From assembly GCF_018350175.1 (NCBI RefSeq), contig NC_058368.1:102984001-103048000 (forward strand): 64,000 bases of DNA, read 5' to 3'. The notes beneath the pieces were generated by a model that ran no database searches, was not told where the DNA came from, and was given only the letters and a program-made list of their open reading frames with translations. This DNA is from Felis catus (Eukaryota). Made by a program: the position numbers and the translations under genes. Position 1 is the stretch's first letter; every line of letters starts with the position of its first letter. Shown here one piece after another: positions 38,377 through 51,240 of the stretch.

Positions 38377-38606
38377 TTTTTTTTTTAATTTTTTTTTAAC
38401 ATTTTTTAAATTTTATTTTTCAGACAGAGAGAGACAGAGCATGAACGGGGCTGGGGCAGAGACAGAGGGAGACACAGAATCGGAAGCAGGCTCCAGGCTC
38501 TGGGCCATCAGCCCAGAGCCTGACGCAGGGCTCGAACCCACGGACCATGAGATCGTGACCTGAGCCGAAGTCGGACGCTCAACCGACTGAGCCACCCAGG
38601 CGCCCC
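38377..38606 (-). mobile_element. Feline Can-SINE
   Basis: Exact TSD TCTTTCGGGGTTTCT at 38362-38376 and 38607-38621. Confidence 0.97.
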
Positions 38607-39290
38607 TCTTTCGGGGTTTCTAATACCACTCAATACAGTGATGACTAAGTAAGGGCCCATACTGCGCTGGAGACTCAGGCTGTGATAAATCTTTGAAAAT
38701 ACCATTGACATAGAAGTTAACCACTGTTCTTGATCCAGCTCCTTTTTTAAGCAGTTAAACGAACATGGTTGATTTAATCAGAATAAAGGACTATTTGTTG
38801 AGAAATCATTGATAAGCATCCTGATTTCACTGAATTTACGTGGCTAAATACATACAGCAGCACTCCCTTTCACTCTGTCCCCCACCCCCCCGCCCCGCCC
38901 ACAGTCTTGGTAGTCCATGCATGACCACCCCGCAGGAGTGAAAATACTCCTAAATTAGCTCAGTTTCTTGCTTTTGGACTACCTCTTGGTAGTCCACGCA
39001 TGAAAGCTCTTCTCAGTTTTCTCGGGTAGGCTACAACTCAAGCCTGAAGGCCTGACTCCCCATCCAAAGAGTTTTTATTCCAGATGCTTCAAGAGTACAT
39101 TTAATAGAGTAATTGAGAATATAAGTCAAAAACAATAAAATGAAATGAGAACAGTAATAAAATATAAATTGGTCATTTCCTTTCCCATTTGACCAACCAG
39201 ATTTTACCAAGGCTTCACTTTTAAAGACACAATAGTTTTCAGTCCCAAGATAACGTCGAGATCTATTAGTATGGTATAAAAATGCCTTCA

Positions 39291-39451
39291 GGGGTGCCTG
39301 GGTGGCTCAGTCGGTTAAGCGTCCGACTTCGGCTCAGGTCATGATCTCGCGGTTTGTGAGTGTGAGCCCCAAGTCGGGCTCTGTGCTGACAGCTCAGAGC
39401 CTGGAGGCCACTTCGGATTCTGTGTCTCCCTCTCTCTCTGCCCCTTCCCTC

Positions 39452-39487
<36 letters not shown>

Positions 39488-39514
39488 AACAAGTAAACAT
39501 TAAAATTTTTTTTT
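39291..39514 (+). mobile_element. Feline Can-SINE
   Basis: TSD AAAAATG(C/T)CTTCA. Confidence 0.95.
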
Positions 39515-39539
39515 AAAAAATGTCTTCAAAATCAGGGTC

Positions 39540-40270
39540 CAAAGATGGCTAGACATATAATGAAAAGATGCCCCATCTTACTCTTTTTAAGAGACAGAGA
39601 CATAAAATAATCCAGATGTGAAATTTGACCTATTTCATTAGTAAATTTGAAAGCTTTCATGATATCCAAAGCTGCCATGTCAGTGGGAAGAAGAATACAT
39701 TTCATAAACTGTTGAGGAAGCAAAAATTGTTGGAAAGATTCTGAAGAGTCATTTGGCCAAGATATTTATATACCAATATATTAATGTAAATTATATCTAA
39801 CACTGTAATCAACAAAAACCCAGAAAGCAGTGCAAACAAGTATCAACCAAATCAGTTAAGTTGTTTCAACCCTATAGTGAAATATTATGCAGCTGCTAAT
39901 AATACTCAGATCGGTGTATGTTGTTATGGGTGGGTCCCACAAATACGTCATAATGACCCCCAAACCATCAAGATGCAGAAAAGCATGAAGAGAATAACTT
40001 ATTTAAAAATTCAAATTATTCAAAATACATTTTCCTTAAGGGAAACCCAAGACACTATTAACAGTAACTCTCTTTGGAGAGAGACATCGGAAAAGAGAAA
40101 GTGGGGGGTTTTACTTCCTTCTGGTCTTTTTATGTATGATGTAAAAAACCCATACACATTTGTGATTCTGCTTAGAAAAACTGTTAACAGGTTAGTTGGA
40201 TATTGAGATTATGATTCATTTTATCTTTTGCTTTCTGATTCTTATTTTATATATTTACAAGTTTGTAACG
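39540..40270 (+). mobile_element. Ancient L1 (L1ME-type) 3' fragment
   Basis: ATGAAAAGATGC...GAAATATTATGCAGCTG; very diverged. Confidence 0.5.
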
Positions 40271-40299
40271 TTTGCTATTTAAAATTTGGATGGGGGGGT

Positions 40300-40482
40300 G
40301 GGGCACCTGGGTCGCTCAGTTGGTTGAGCATCAGACTTCGGCTCAGGTCATGATCTCGCCGTTCCTGAGTTGGAGCCCCGCAGCTATAGTTCCTGACAGC
40401 TTGGAGCCTGGAGCCTGCTTGGGATTCTGTGTTTCCCTCTCTCTCTGCCCTCCCCCACGCGCACTCTGTCTCTCTCTCTCTC
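40300..40482 (+). mobile_element. Can-SINE (host of nested SINE)
   Basis: Body; tail interrupted by the next SINE. Confidence 0.92.
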
Positions 40483-40501
40483 TTTCAAAAATAAACATTA
40501 A

Positions 40502-40712
40502 GGGGCGCCTGGGTGGCTTAGTCGGTTAAGCGGCCGACTTCAGCTCAGGTCACGATCTCGCGCTCCGTGAGTTGGAGCCCCGCGTCGAGCTCTGTGCTGA
40601 CAGCTCAGAGCCTGGAGCCTGTTTCGGATTCTGTGTCTCCCTCTCTCTCTGACCCTCCCCCATTCATGCTCTGTCTCTCTCTGTCTCAAAAATAAATAAA
40701 CGTTAAAAACAA
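40502..40712 (+). mobile_element. Feline Can-SINE nested in tail
   Basis: TTTCAAAAATAAACATTAA at 40483-40501 and 40713-40731. Confidence 0.95.
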
Positions 40713-42189
40713 TTTCAAAAATAAACATTAAATTTTTTTTTTTTAATTTTGGATCAAATAAAGCCTAAGTGTCTTTTTAGCTTCATTCTCCACTCCTACA
40801 ACTTAACTTGCTATTTTTAAAATGGGTCATATATTTTCATTTCTTTGCATATAATGCTTCCTGCTGGGAATACTTTCCTCCCTCTTTGTGAATCTGGTAA
40901 ACTCCCCTCCATCATTTCATACCAACTCAAATATTCTACGTCTGTTTGGATCTTGGTCTATGTGCTGTTTAACCTCATGCCGACCAAATGTTATTTGGCA
41001 GTAACTTTTTTTCCCTAAAATGCTCAAAGTATGATGGCACTATTTCAAAACATGCTTAATACCAGGAGTTAAAGAACCAGGTTCTCTTATAAGCTGCTAT
41101 TGGTGAAGTCTGTAATAGCTTTGGTTTCTGTGATCAATCTGTGATACGCTGAATCTAAAGACATTTGATAGCAAGAGTATAACGATACTCATGTCCCTGT
41201 TTCTGCTTTACAGAGCCATCTAGCTTCGCCCCAAATCCTCCCCTATGTGAAATACCTCTCCCTGCTTTTAATGGACATTAGACATGCGAGCGAGGGCTCA
41301 GATTTTCTTTTTCTTTAAACCTGCAGGGTAGAATGTAGCCGCAGAACTGAGGCAGAAGTAATGGAGAGCACTGCGTGAGAAATTTACATTATTATCTGGC
41401 AGTAGATTGGTTTACTTACTCTGTACCCACCAGCTCTATCCCCTGATAATCACCTTCACACTTAGCTGCACTTCAGAGCTTGTTTACCGTGTTGCAATGA
41501 TGTTTATTCCCTGAGTTTATTTGATGTCGGCCATTTGAAAACATTATCATTTAAATTGGTTCCTGTAACTAATGAGCATATGTTTCATGTGTGTTTCACA
41601 GGAATGAGCCAGTGGAAGTATCGGTGTGTGAGGGCTGTAGGTAGTCATTTTCGCTGCAGTGTAATGTCAAATTTTAAACTGTTCGGGTGCTAAGGGAGGG
41701 GGGAGGAGAACTGGCGTGAAATGATAACAGAATTTTATGAGAACTAAAGAAAAAAAATTGAAACCAAAGCTGAGATCATTTATAAGCTAACTTAAGGGAA
41801 ATCTTGAATGCAAAATGCTTAAAACTTGCTTTGGGACATTGTGAATCTATTGAATGACATAAGTATTCCCTTCAAACTTGCTGGAGGGAGGTGACAAGAA
41901 TGTCAAATTCCTCTCTACAAGCGTTGATTGCTGTAGTGGGTTACACTGAGTGCAAGTGTGCAGAATATAGTTGTCTGTAATGACACTGTGGAGGGCAATG
42001 CTTGGTACGCAAATCAATCCCCCTCCGCTATAAGAACATGAAACAACTGCATTGGAAGCAAAGAGAAAGAGAAAGGTAATTAGGAATGAGATGTAGGAAT
42101 GTGAAATACAATTCCATGGCACCAGACCATTAAAAAATATCAAGTGCAAATTAGCCACGCAGTATCTCTCCAATGATCTTCTGGAAAGC

Positions 42190-42641
42190 ACACCCCCCTA
42201 TTTCCCCGGACAATCACGTTCTCCCTTGGACTCTGCTCAGTGTTTTGGATAAGGCTGACTTCTTCCTTGACCACAGGTGGGCAGGTAAGGAGGGCTCCCA
42301 TTCATAATCTTGTATTCTCTTGGCCACAGACACTTGCTCGGTGATCGGCCTGTGACCCAGTCAGAGAGTCAGTGAAATCCAAGATATCTGGCAGGGATCT
42401 CTGAGAGAAACATGTGCCCGTTTTCCTACAGACCCGGACCTAGGATAGTATAGCTCTGACAGGCAAAAGGGACAAGAGTTGAGCTCCCATCTGAAGAAGG
42501 ATCAGGTCTTAGGGCACTGAGCCACGGATGAAGCTAGATCTATTCAGGACTTCTTAGTAACATGACCCAATAACTTGACTTTTGCCTACTGGGGTTTAGC
42601 TTGGATTTTTCGGTCTCTTGCAGTGAAAAGCATTCTGATAC
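42190..42641 (+). mobile_element. Old MLT1(J/K)-type MaLR LTR
   Basis: TTGGCCACAGA...TGTGACCCAG...AACATGACCCAATAA...TCTTGCAGTGAAAAGCATTCTGATACA. Confidence 0.55.
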
Positions 42642-43509
42642 ACTATATAAATATTCAGATCAATGTTTCCTTTAAAACATGGACATAATTAAAGTGTGAT
42701 GGTCTTCAAAACATTGAACCAGATAACTCCTTAAGGTTCTTTTCTCTACTAAGGACAGCTGAACCTAGAATCCAACCCTAATGTCAATGGACCATAAAAG
42801 AAGAGGTTAGACTAGAGCTGCAGACAATATGGCTGGCATCATTATTGGTTTTTCATCACACTTTCGGCTTTGGATGGTATTTTCATGATCTATACATATG
42901 TATAATTAAAATGTCAATTGCACTCCTTTTGCTAGAGTGAGTGTAGCAAACGACCCCTTATTAAACAAGCAAGAATTTAACACTTTTAAACAGTTTTTTT
43001 TTTAAACAAATGAAACGCTTTAGTTTTTTTTTTTTTTTTTTTTTGGTCAAAGGGCTACAAAAGCTCAAATGATATTATTGGCATTTTAAAACTCTGTTAT
43101 AAATATGTGCTATATTTAAATGATTCCCTGACAATTATTCATAACTATAAAATACACTAAATGGAATGTACACTTAATGACAGCACATCACTTTTCATGG
43201 TACAATAAACTTTGCAAGCATTTGCTACAATAAAAAAAAACATTCATAAACCTTAGCTTGGGAAGGTTGGGAAGTGGATTTTCATTAATAGCTTCTAAAC
43301 GCTGCTCTAGAAGGATGGCTGGCCTAGAAGGACAGATAGTCATGCATACAAGATGCTACAGAATAAATATCAGTGTCCCCCTCTCCCTAATTCATATGTA
43401 CGTAACTCACCTATGTACACACAGGGACACGATGTCTAGAAAGCTCAAAGTTTAGCAAAGCTAAGCAACAAATTGTTTAGGAATATGAGCCAGATTTCCT
43501 TTTAAAAAG

Positions 43510-44690
43510 GAAACAGCAAAAGCAACAAAAGCAAAAGTAAACTAGTGGGACTAGATCAAATTAAAAACCTTTTGCATAGCAAAGGAAACTAATAAAAATG
43601 CAACCTGTTGAATGGGAGAAAATACCTGCAAATCGTGTATCTAATCAGGGATTAATATCCAAAGTATATAAAAACTCACACAATCCAACAGAAAACAGCA
43701 ACAGTCAATCAACCCAATTAAAAAAATGAGCAGATAATCTGAGGAGACATTTTTCTGAAGAAGACACACAGATGGCCAACAGGTACATGAAAAAATGCTC
43801 AACATCACTTATCATCACGGACATGCAAATCAAAACCACAGCGGGCTATCACCTCACACCTGTCAGAACCACTATGACGAAAACCACAAGAAATAACAAG
43901 TGTTGGCGAGAACGTGGAAAAAGGGAACCTTCGTGCCCTGTTGGTAGGAATGTAAACCGTTGCAGCCACCACGGAAGTTCCTCAAAAAATGAAAATAAAA
44001 CTACAATATGATCCATCAATTTCACTTCTGGGTATTTACTCAAAGAAAACAAAACCACTAATTCCAAAAGATACATGCATCCCCCTGCTCAGGGCGGCAT
44101 TAATTACAATAGCCGAGATATTAAAGATATTACCAACAGATGAATGGATAAAGACGTGGCATATATACACAATAAAATATTATGCAGCCAAAAAAAGAAG
44201 GAGATCTTGTCATTTGTCCAACAGGAGTGAACCGTGAGGGCATTCTGCTAAGTGAAATAAGTCAGAGAAGAACAATGACTGCCTGATCTCACTTATATAT
44301 GAAATCTAAAAAAAGAAAGCAAAACACCAAGTGCGCAGATACAGAGAAGAGGTTTATGGTGGCAAGAAATGGGGAATGGGGGTAATATGGGTGAAGGGAG
44401 TCAAAAGTACAGATTTCTAGTTATGACATAAGTCATGGGAATATATGTATAGCATAGTGACTGTAGTTAGTAATATCATATTGCATCGTTGAATGTTGCT
44501 CAGAGAGTCAATCTTACAAGGTCTCATCAAGAGAACATTTGTAACTATGTATGGTAATGGATACTAACTAGGCTTGGTGTGGTGATCTTTTCATAATATA
44601 TGCAAATACTGAGTTATGGTATACACCTGAAACGAATTTATCAATTATACTATATACTTCAATTTAAAACAAAAACAAAAACAAGCAAAG
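43510..44690 (+). mobile_element. LINE-1 3' end (L1MA-type): ORF2 C-terminus + 3'UTR
   Basis: ORFs [15 protein letters not shown]...YHLTPVR and [11 protein letters not shown]; 3'UTR TACACCTGAAAC...TTCAATTTAAAA. Confidence 0.9.
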
Positions 44691-45374
44691 GAGAAGTAAA
44701 GCCAAATTCAAGATGGTAGTCATCTATTTGGGGGCAGGGAGTAGGCAAGGGCATGGTGAAGGATCTCAGAACAAGTTCCCCATGGTTTTGGTGATGTTAG
44801 CTGCATTGCAGGTCTTGGGTTTGTTGATGGCATTGCTAGTGTTTATTTTGACTTTTTGCTCCGTAGTATATTTTTTAGTTTCATATATTCCTTTGTTACG
44901 TATCAAATACTGCATAATAAAAAAAAAATCAAAGACACCTGGCTAGCAATTTATATGTGCAAACAACTTTGAGTATGTAAATCTAATAGTTAAGGCACTA
45001 TTTGCTGAGATACAGGTTATTTGATAATTCATGGGCAAAATTCAGTCCGACCATTCAAAACGTATTGAAATTCAGGATTTAATTTGGGTAGAAATGGACA
45101 GACTCTCAAATGCAGGATTATCTCTAACACCTTAAATGCTTCTCTTCCTATTTTTTGACATATACCAAACTAGTGGCAAAAAGATAATACTGGTAAAGTA
45201 TAGAAGAAACCTTAGTGGCTACTTTTTCTTCCTAAAGTTTACTTAAACTGTGAATGGAACTATTTCTTCTTCGCCAGGTATGATCTTCTCTCCCTTTTTT
45301 TTTTCTTGCTAAGGAATTATTTTCTTAAGCAGACTAATATACCCATTAAGAACAGCCGATCCAGGCTTACAAAA

Positions 45375-45600
45375 AATTCTGTCACTTCCTGGTTTGTATG
45401 AATCTGTGGCAAGTTACTTCACCTCTTGAAACTTCCCTTTCCTGATCTATAAAATGAGGTTAGTAATAGTACCTACCTTGCTGAGCCGTGAAGATTAAAT
45501 GAAACAAATGACTATAATAAAAACAAATGTCTATAATAAACTTGGTCTCAGGCCTGGCAGCTAGTAAACATTCAATAGATTTTAATTATTATAATTATTA
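45375..45600 (+). mobile_element. MIR
   Basis: GGCAAGTTACTTCACCTCT...TCTATAAAATGAGG...GATTAAATGA. Confidence 0.75.
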
Positions 45601-45976
45601 TGCCAGCAAGCATGCGGTAGTTAAAGCTGGTAAAAAATTGCTCTTAGATATCAGAGGAAAACAAAAAAAAAATCACCCGCCTTCCAAAGGTTAAGACCTC
45701 GCATGTACACTTAGATTTGAATTCTCTGGAGGGTCACAAAAGAGCCAAGCATCCACATGGCTGGGTTTCCTGTCTCAGCGTGCAGCACTTTCCTTGAAGT
45801 TAGAGGTTGGACCAGGCAGGAAGACCAAAGCATTTTGTAAGTCGAGTAACAAATCCATCCACACTTATTTTTCATGATTCAGGACACATGACAGCTTAAA
45901 GAAGTGGTAACAAGAGAACTCTCTGGTATTTTGAAATTCTAGGCCAGTCCCTCGCATCTGTTCTATGAAAGTATCT

Positions 45977-46210
45977 GGGTGCCTGGTTGGCTCAGTCAGT
46001 TAAGCGTCTGACTCTTGATTTCTGCTCAAGTCATGATCTCACCATTCACGAGATACAGCCCCAGATTGGGCTCTGTGCGGTCAAGGCTCTGTGCGGTCAA
46101 TTCTCTGCTTGGAATTCTCTCTCTCTCCCTTTCTCTCTGCTCCTCCCCCATTTGTGCTCTCACTCTCTCTCTCTCTCTCTCTCTCAAAATAAAATAAACT
46201 TAAAATAAAC
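45977..46210 (+). mobile_element. Older Can-SINE with 16-bp internal tandem duplication
   Basis: GGCTCTGTGCGGTCAA twice at 46069-46100. Confidence 0.9.
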
Positions 46211-48733
46211 AGAACAAAAGAAAGCAACATCAAAATAAATATTCTTCATGTTCAGGCTTCTGTAATATAGCAACCAGTTCTATGCAGCTAATTAAAAGCA
46301 GAAATGGGACATAAACTGTGGATAATTGGGTAAAAGTAACACTCCATTGAGCATGTTGCTATGTACCAGCACAGCCCAGGCCCGGGGCTAGTCACAGCCA
46401 TAAGCAAACCGTGTCCGGATCATGTGCACTTGTCGTTTGCTTTGTGCCGTGAAGGTCTATTTGTAGTCTTGCGGAGGGACAAAATAAAAATTTATTTGAT
46501 CCTCTCTACCAAGGGTAATTATAAACCAAATTGAAGTACCTGTGAACTTCAGGAAAGTTCATCCAAACTTTTCTTTGTTACACTTCCTGTTTCTTTCTGC
46601 CTTTCCTGCGTTCACAAGGGTTTTGTTCCAAGCAGATTCAATGATGTAACATGAACGGCTTTGTTCTAATTTCCAGCTGGATAAGTCACAGAGTGTGGCA
46701 CTGTTTGGTAGAGCAGATTTCAGCGTGATTTACAGCGTGAAATCTACCTCAAAGAGGATCATAAAAGCGAAGCTGCCAGATGATTGATTCAGAATTAAGT
46801 TGGGGTTTCACGTGTTGTCACGTTTGGGGTGCTAGTTAAAAATGGGTTTCTCTTTCCCATTTTCACACACTGCATGAAAGTCTGCGATTTCTCTGTGATT
46901 TCCTGACTTCAAGACTTCCGTCTGTTTGGCTTTCTTCCTGTGAACTCTGACACTTTGGGCTTTGGCTATTGATTATGTGACTGACTTGGGAAGTGGTCTC
47001 AGGTAATCTCAACGTGTGTATGTATTTGTCTAGATGGCTGTGTGTCTGTATGTGTGTGCACATCTGATGGACATTGTGAGCAGACAAGGATTATAACGTT
47101 TGGTATTCTGTTTTCACTATCTAAATCCTACCCAAGACAACAGGGAAAACCTCAGTAATTTGAGAAGCATGGCTCACCACTATCTGGACAAGTCTGGGTT
47201 ATTTGATGTTTTAATTAAACAGCAAGAGGGTATTTATTCGGCTAGGGAATCAGGGCTACTTAGAATGGTGAGCCATTTTGACTAGATTCATACTGACTTA
47301 ATGAGTTTTTTTTTTTTTTTTTTGCTGTTTGTTTCCCCCAAAGGATAAAATTGAGTGGAAAAGGATTGTTCACATCCAATAGAGCTTGTCTCTTTCCCCT
47401 CAACCATCCTGATTCCAATTTCTAGTTTCCTTTGCTGTAATGAGGTTCAAGAAGATCTACACCGGGAGCCCATCATCTTGAACATTTTTCCCCCATTAAG
47501 ATGGAAGGAGACTTTGTGAACAGTAGCTTCATACTCTGACGTCTAACCTGGTAATCCCAAGAAGGTCCATCAATTTAAGAAGCATGACAGAACTGCCAAG
47601 TTAATAATTGGTTTTATGCATCTGGTCATCATAGGTTTGTATAAAAAAAAGTTGAAAATGTGTATAAATGCATATATGTTATACAGGTCCCCTTTCCTTT
47701 CTGAATCATGAGTAGGTTACATAGAGGCCTTATGTAAGCTCTTAGAAGAATTCCTACTTGTGTTTATGTGGGCTCCATTGCCCTAAGAGTGCTCAAGTCT
47801 TCCACAGAAGCAAAGAGCATGGGACCCATTCGAGTGCTGCCTGGGCCGTCAATACTCAGGCTTTGCCTAGCTGCCAATGCAGACGTGGATTCCAGAGCAT
47901 TTGAGGTTATGGGGATAAATACTGTAGTCACCCATGGAGAATACAGTGGGGTTGTTTCTTGCTTTGAAATAACCTGTGGTAAATTTGTTTCTATAGTAGC
48001 GGGGACTTCTTAAAAATGGGTTCCCAATATCCTGGAGCATGCTGGGTCCATGAGAATCTTATAACAGTCCCAAGGCTGGAAGAGGGAGCACGGAATCCTT
48101 CTTGAATGTTGAACTTTGTTAGGTGCTTGTCTCTCCAAGTCCCCAGAACAGTTCTGTGAGGCAAACAAACGTCTCCCTGATGGTGAAGGTCATCAAGGGG
48201 TTAATTTGCCTGCCTGAAGCCAAGGAAGAAACTGAAGGAGTAGAATCTGAATCCAAGTCTGATTCCTAAGGGGGAGGGGGGTTCCTACTGCATCGTGTGT
48301 GCTGTGCCTGGAGCTCTCGCGCTGGGATTGGAGGATACGGTCAGGTCTCAGAATGAACAGATGGTTTATGAAAAAGAGACTGAAGGTGATGGTTGGTCAT
48401 AATCTGTAGAGTGCTTTTCTTTCTATTTCTTTGTGGCAGTAATTATTTTTACTCTGTCACAATGTTCGAATGCTATCCTACGAAGACAGAGGCTTCCCAA
48501 CAAGTTTCCTTAAATTACACTTTTAACGGAATTACAGAAAATGTCATACGAAGGGGGTGCTTTTCCGACTTGAAAATGATCCACACTGAGGCTAAGCAGG
48601 ATCCTTGAGAGAAACTTTTGCTCCTTATGCCCAGAGGGCTGGTTTTTTAATTAATCCGTAAAGAAGCAAATAAGTACATATAGACAATGCGTTGCAAATC
48701 ATATGGCATATTCTATTCACAAACTACAATCGA

Positions 48734-48957
48734 GGGGCGCCTGGGTGGCGCAGTCGGTTAAGCGTCCGACTTCAGCCAGGTCACGATCTCACGGTCTGTG
48801 AGTTCGAGCCCCACGTCAGGCTCTGGGCTGATGGCTCAGAGCCTGGAGCCTGTTTCCGATTCTGTGTCTCCCTCTCTCTCTGCCCTCCCCCGTTCATGCT
48901 CTGTCTCTCTCTGCCCCAAAAATAAATAAACGTTGAAAAAAAAAAATTAAAAAAAAA
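48734..48957 (+). mobile_element. Young feline Can-SINE
   Basis: Exact TSD AAACTACAATCGA at 48721-48733 and 48958-48970. Confidence 0.97.
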
Positions 48958-49076
48958 AAACTACAATCGAACACGCGATTTTCTCTTTCCTTTTCTTTTA
49001 CCTCTGGGAGACATTTTGCTTTGGTAGGGTATGCTTTTCATAGAAAACGAGTTGTTCTCCTCTCCCTCACTCTTTT

Positions 49077-49081
49077 ACGCG

Positions 49082-49132
<51 letters not shown>
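49077..49132. repeat. (CG)n(CA)n compound microsatellite
   Basis: ACGCGCGCGCGCGCACACAC... Confidence 0.95.
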
Positions 49133-50014
49133 ACTCATTCTTGATTTCACTTTTAAAAGACATTCTTGAGCGTGGCGGGAGGACAACGCAGCACAGGCAG
49201 CAGGGCTGAATGAGGATAATGAGAAGGGACAGAATCAGGTCAGAGAGCTGGATATTAAAACTTGATAGGCGTGATTGTTGGACAAACACTTGATAGGTTT
49301 TTAAATTATCATTATGGGGTATGAAAAATTCATATATAGCTACAGTGAGATTTTTATAATGGATGCTTAAATAATATAGTCTTGTTTCTGATCAGAAAGT
49401 AATACGTAGTTGTTGGGAAAACATATCTGCAAGGAAGAAGATAAAAATCACCCAATCCCACCATGCTGAGGCAAAAGTGTTGAATATATTAAGACTGTGA
49501 TGTATTTCGGAATTTTACCATATCACTGCGAGGCAAATAAATAAATAAATAAATAAAAGACTAAAAACCCATATATTATTCCTGAAGACTCTGTCCTTGG
49601 ATGCTTGTAGGAAACCAAGATGATAAAAAAATGGTACACCCCCTGTAAATAGATTCAGACTGCACTACTGAAGTCAGAAGTTTTAGCAATTTGTACTATG
49701 CCTTGGTTCGTTTTTGAGGGTAGGCACCAATGAAACTGGAGATATTTAGGGTACTGAACCCAGTGCTGGTTCTGGGTACAACACCACCGTTCTGTGGTTC
49801 ATCTGTTTTTCCTATGCTTTGTAGACACTGGCAAACGCATGCCATGCTGAAATGTGAAATTTATAATTAAAGATGTTTAACTTCTTATAAAAAATGGAAT
49901 TTATAGTAACTGAAAAGCCCAGGAAATATTACAAAGGAGTAAAACTATCGATGGGCATTCAAACACTTATATTTACTGTGCAAATACATTTGATTTTAAA
50001 CCTGGAAAACTCCT

Positions 50015-50105
50015 TTCACAAGGTATACATATGTCAAATCATCTTGCGTGCACTTTAAATATTCTACAATTTTATTTGTCTATTATACATGTCAATAAAG
50101 CTGGG
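50015..50105 (+). mobile_element. L1 3' terminus fragment
   Basis: GTATACATATGTCAAA...CACTTTAAATAT...TTATAC...CAATAAAGCTG. Confidence 0.6.
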
Positions 50106-50110
50106 GGAGA

Positions 50111-50324
50111 GGGGCGCCTGGGTGGCTCAGTCGGTTAAGCATCCGACTTCAGCTCAGGTCACGATCTCACGGTCCCGTGGGTTCGAGCCCCGCGTCAGGC
50201 TCTGGGCTGATGGCTCAGAGCCTGGAGCCTGCTTCCGATTCTGTGTCTCCCTCTCTCCCTGCCCCTCCCCCATTCATGCTCTGTCTCTCTCTGTCCCCCA
50301 AATAAATAAACGTTAAAAAAAATT
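50111..50324 (+). mobile_element. Feline Can-SINE
   Basis: TSD AATAAAGCTGGGG(G)AGA at 50094-50110 and 50325-50340. Confidence 0.96.
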
Positions 50325-50354
50325 AATAAAGCTGGGGAGAGGGAAGGAAAAAAA

Positions 50355-50905
50355 AGTCCATATTCTAACCCTTGGAACCTGTTGATATATTATCTTATGC
50401 ACAGCAAAAGACACTTTTGAGGATGTGACTAAACTTCCAGATCTTGAAATGAAGCTGTTATCTTGGACTATCTTGGTTCAATATAATCGCATGAGTCCCG
50501 AGAAGTGGAAGAGGGAGGAAGCAGGCGAGTTTATAAGAGAGAAATGATATAAGAGGGGCAAAACCTGCCATTGCTGTCTTTGAAGATGGAAGAAGGAGGT
50601 CCTGAGCCAAAGAACACAGGCAGCCCCAGAAGCTGGACACGGCCCTCAGCTACACGCTACAAGAAACCGAATTTTATCAACAATCTGAATGGGCAAGAAA
50701 ATGGCGACCTCAGTTCCCGAACTCCAAAGAAACGGATTCTCTCTTGGCATCTCCAGTAAGGAATACAATACCGGTGACACACTGATTTTAGCCCTGTGAG
50801 GGATATCTGATCAGCAGAACTGTAAGACCATGAATGTGTCTTGTCTTAAGGCTTTGAAGTTGGGGTGATTTGTGACAGCAGCAGCAGCAGCAGAAAACTA
50901 ATACC
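50355..50905 (+). mobile_element. MLT1D-like MaLR LTR
   Basis: GCCATTGCTGTCTTTGAAGATGGAAG...AGAACTGTAAGA...CAGCAG...AAAACTAATAC. Confidence 0.75.
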
Positions 50906-50909
50906 TGCT

Positions 50910-51240
50910 GCAAAGAGCTTGGACCGTTTTGCACTCTTATCAGCAAATGATGAGCTCGTTCCCCCACATCTTCACAGACACAAAGCGTTACCAGACTTGG
51001 AGATTTTTGTCCATCCAGGGGGTGAGAAGAGCACCTCTGTGCAACTTTAACTTGCATGTCTCTTGGTATGTATGAGGTCAAGTGCCTTTTCATGTATGTT
51101 TGCTTGTACTAAATGACTATCTGTTCATGTTTGTTGCCCCTATTTCTATTGTGTTGTTGGCATTTAATCAAATTCTAAGGGTTCTTCACATATTCAGATG
51201 TGGATTTTCTCTGTGATGGGAATTAGAACTACTTTTCCCC
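50910..51240 (-). mobile_element. Ancient L1 fragment
   Basis: CCCCACATCTTCAC...CTTTTCATGTATGTT...CTGTTCATGTTT antisense L1 motifs. Confidence 0.5.

Noticed and set aside
41326..41374. Possible small exon (CTGCAG acceptor, GTGAGA donor)
   Set aside because: Splice-like words of this strength occur by chance; no homology recognised
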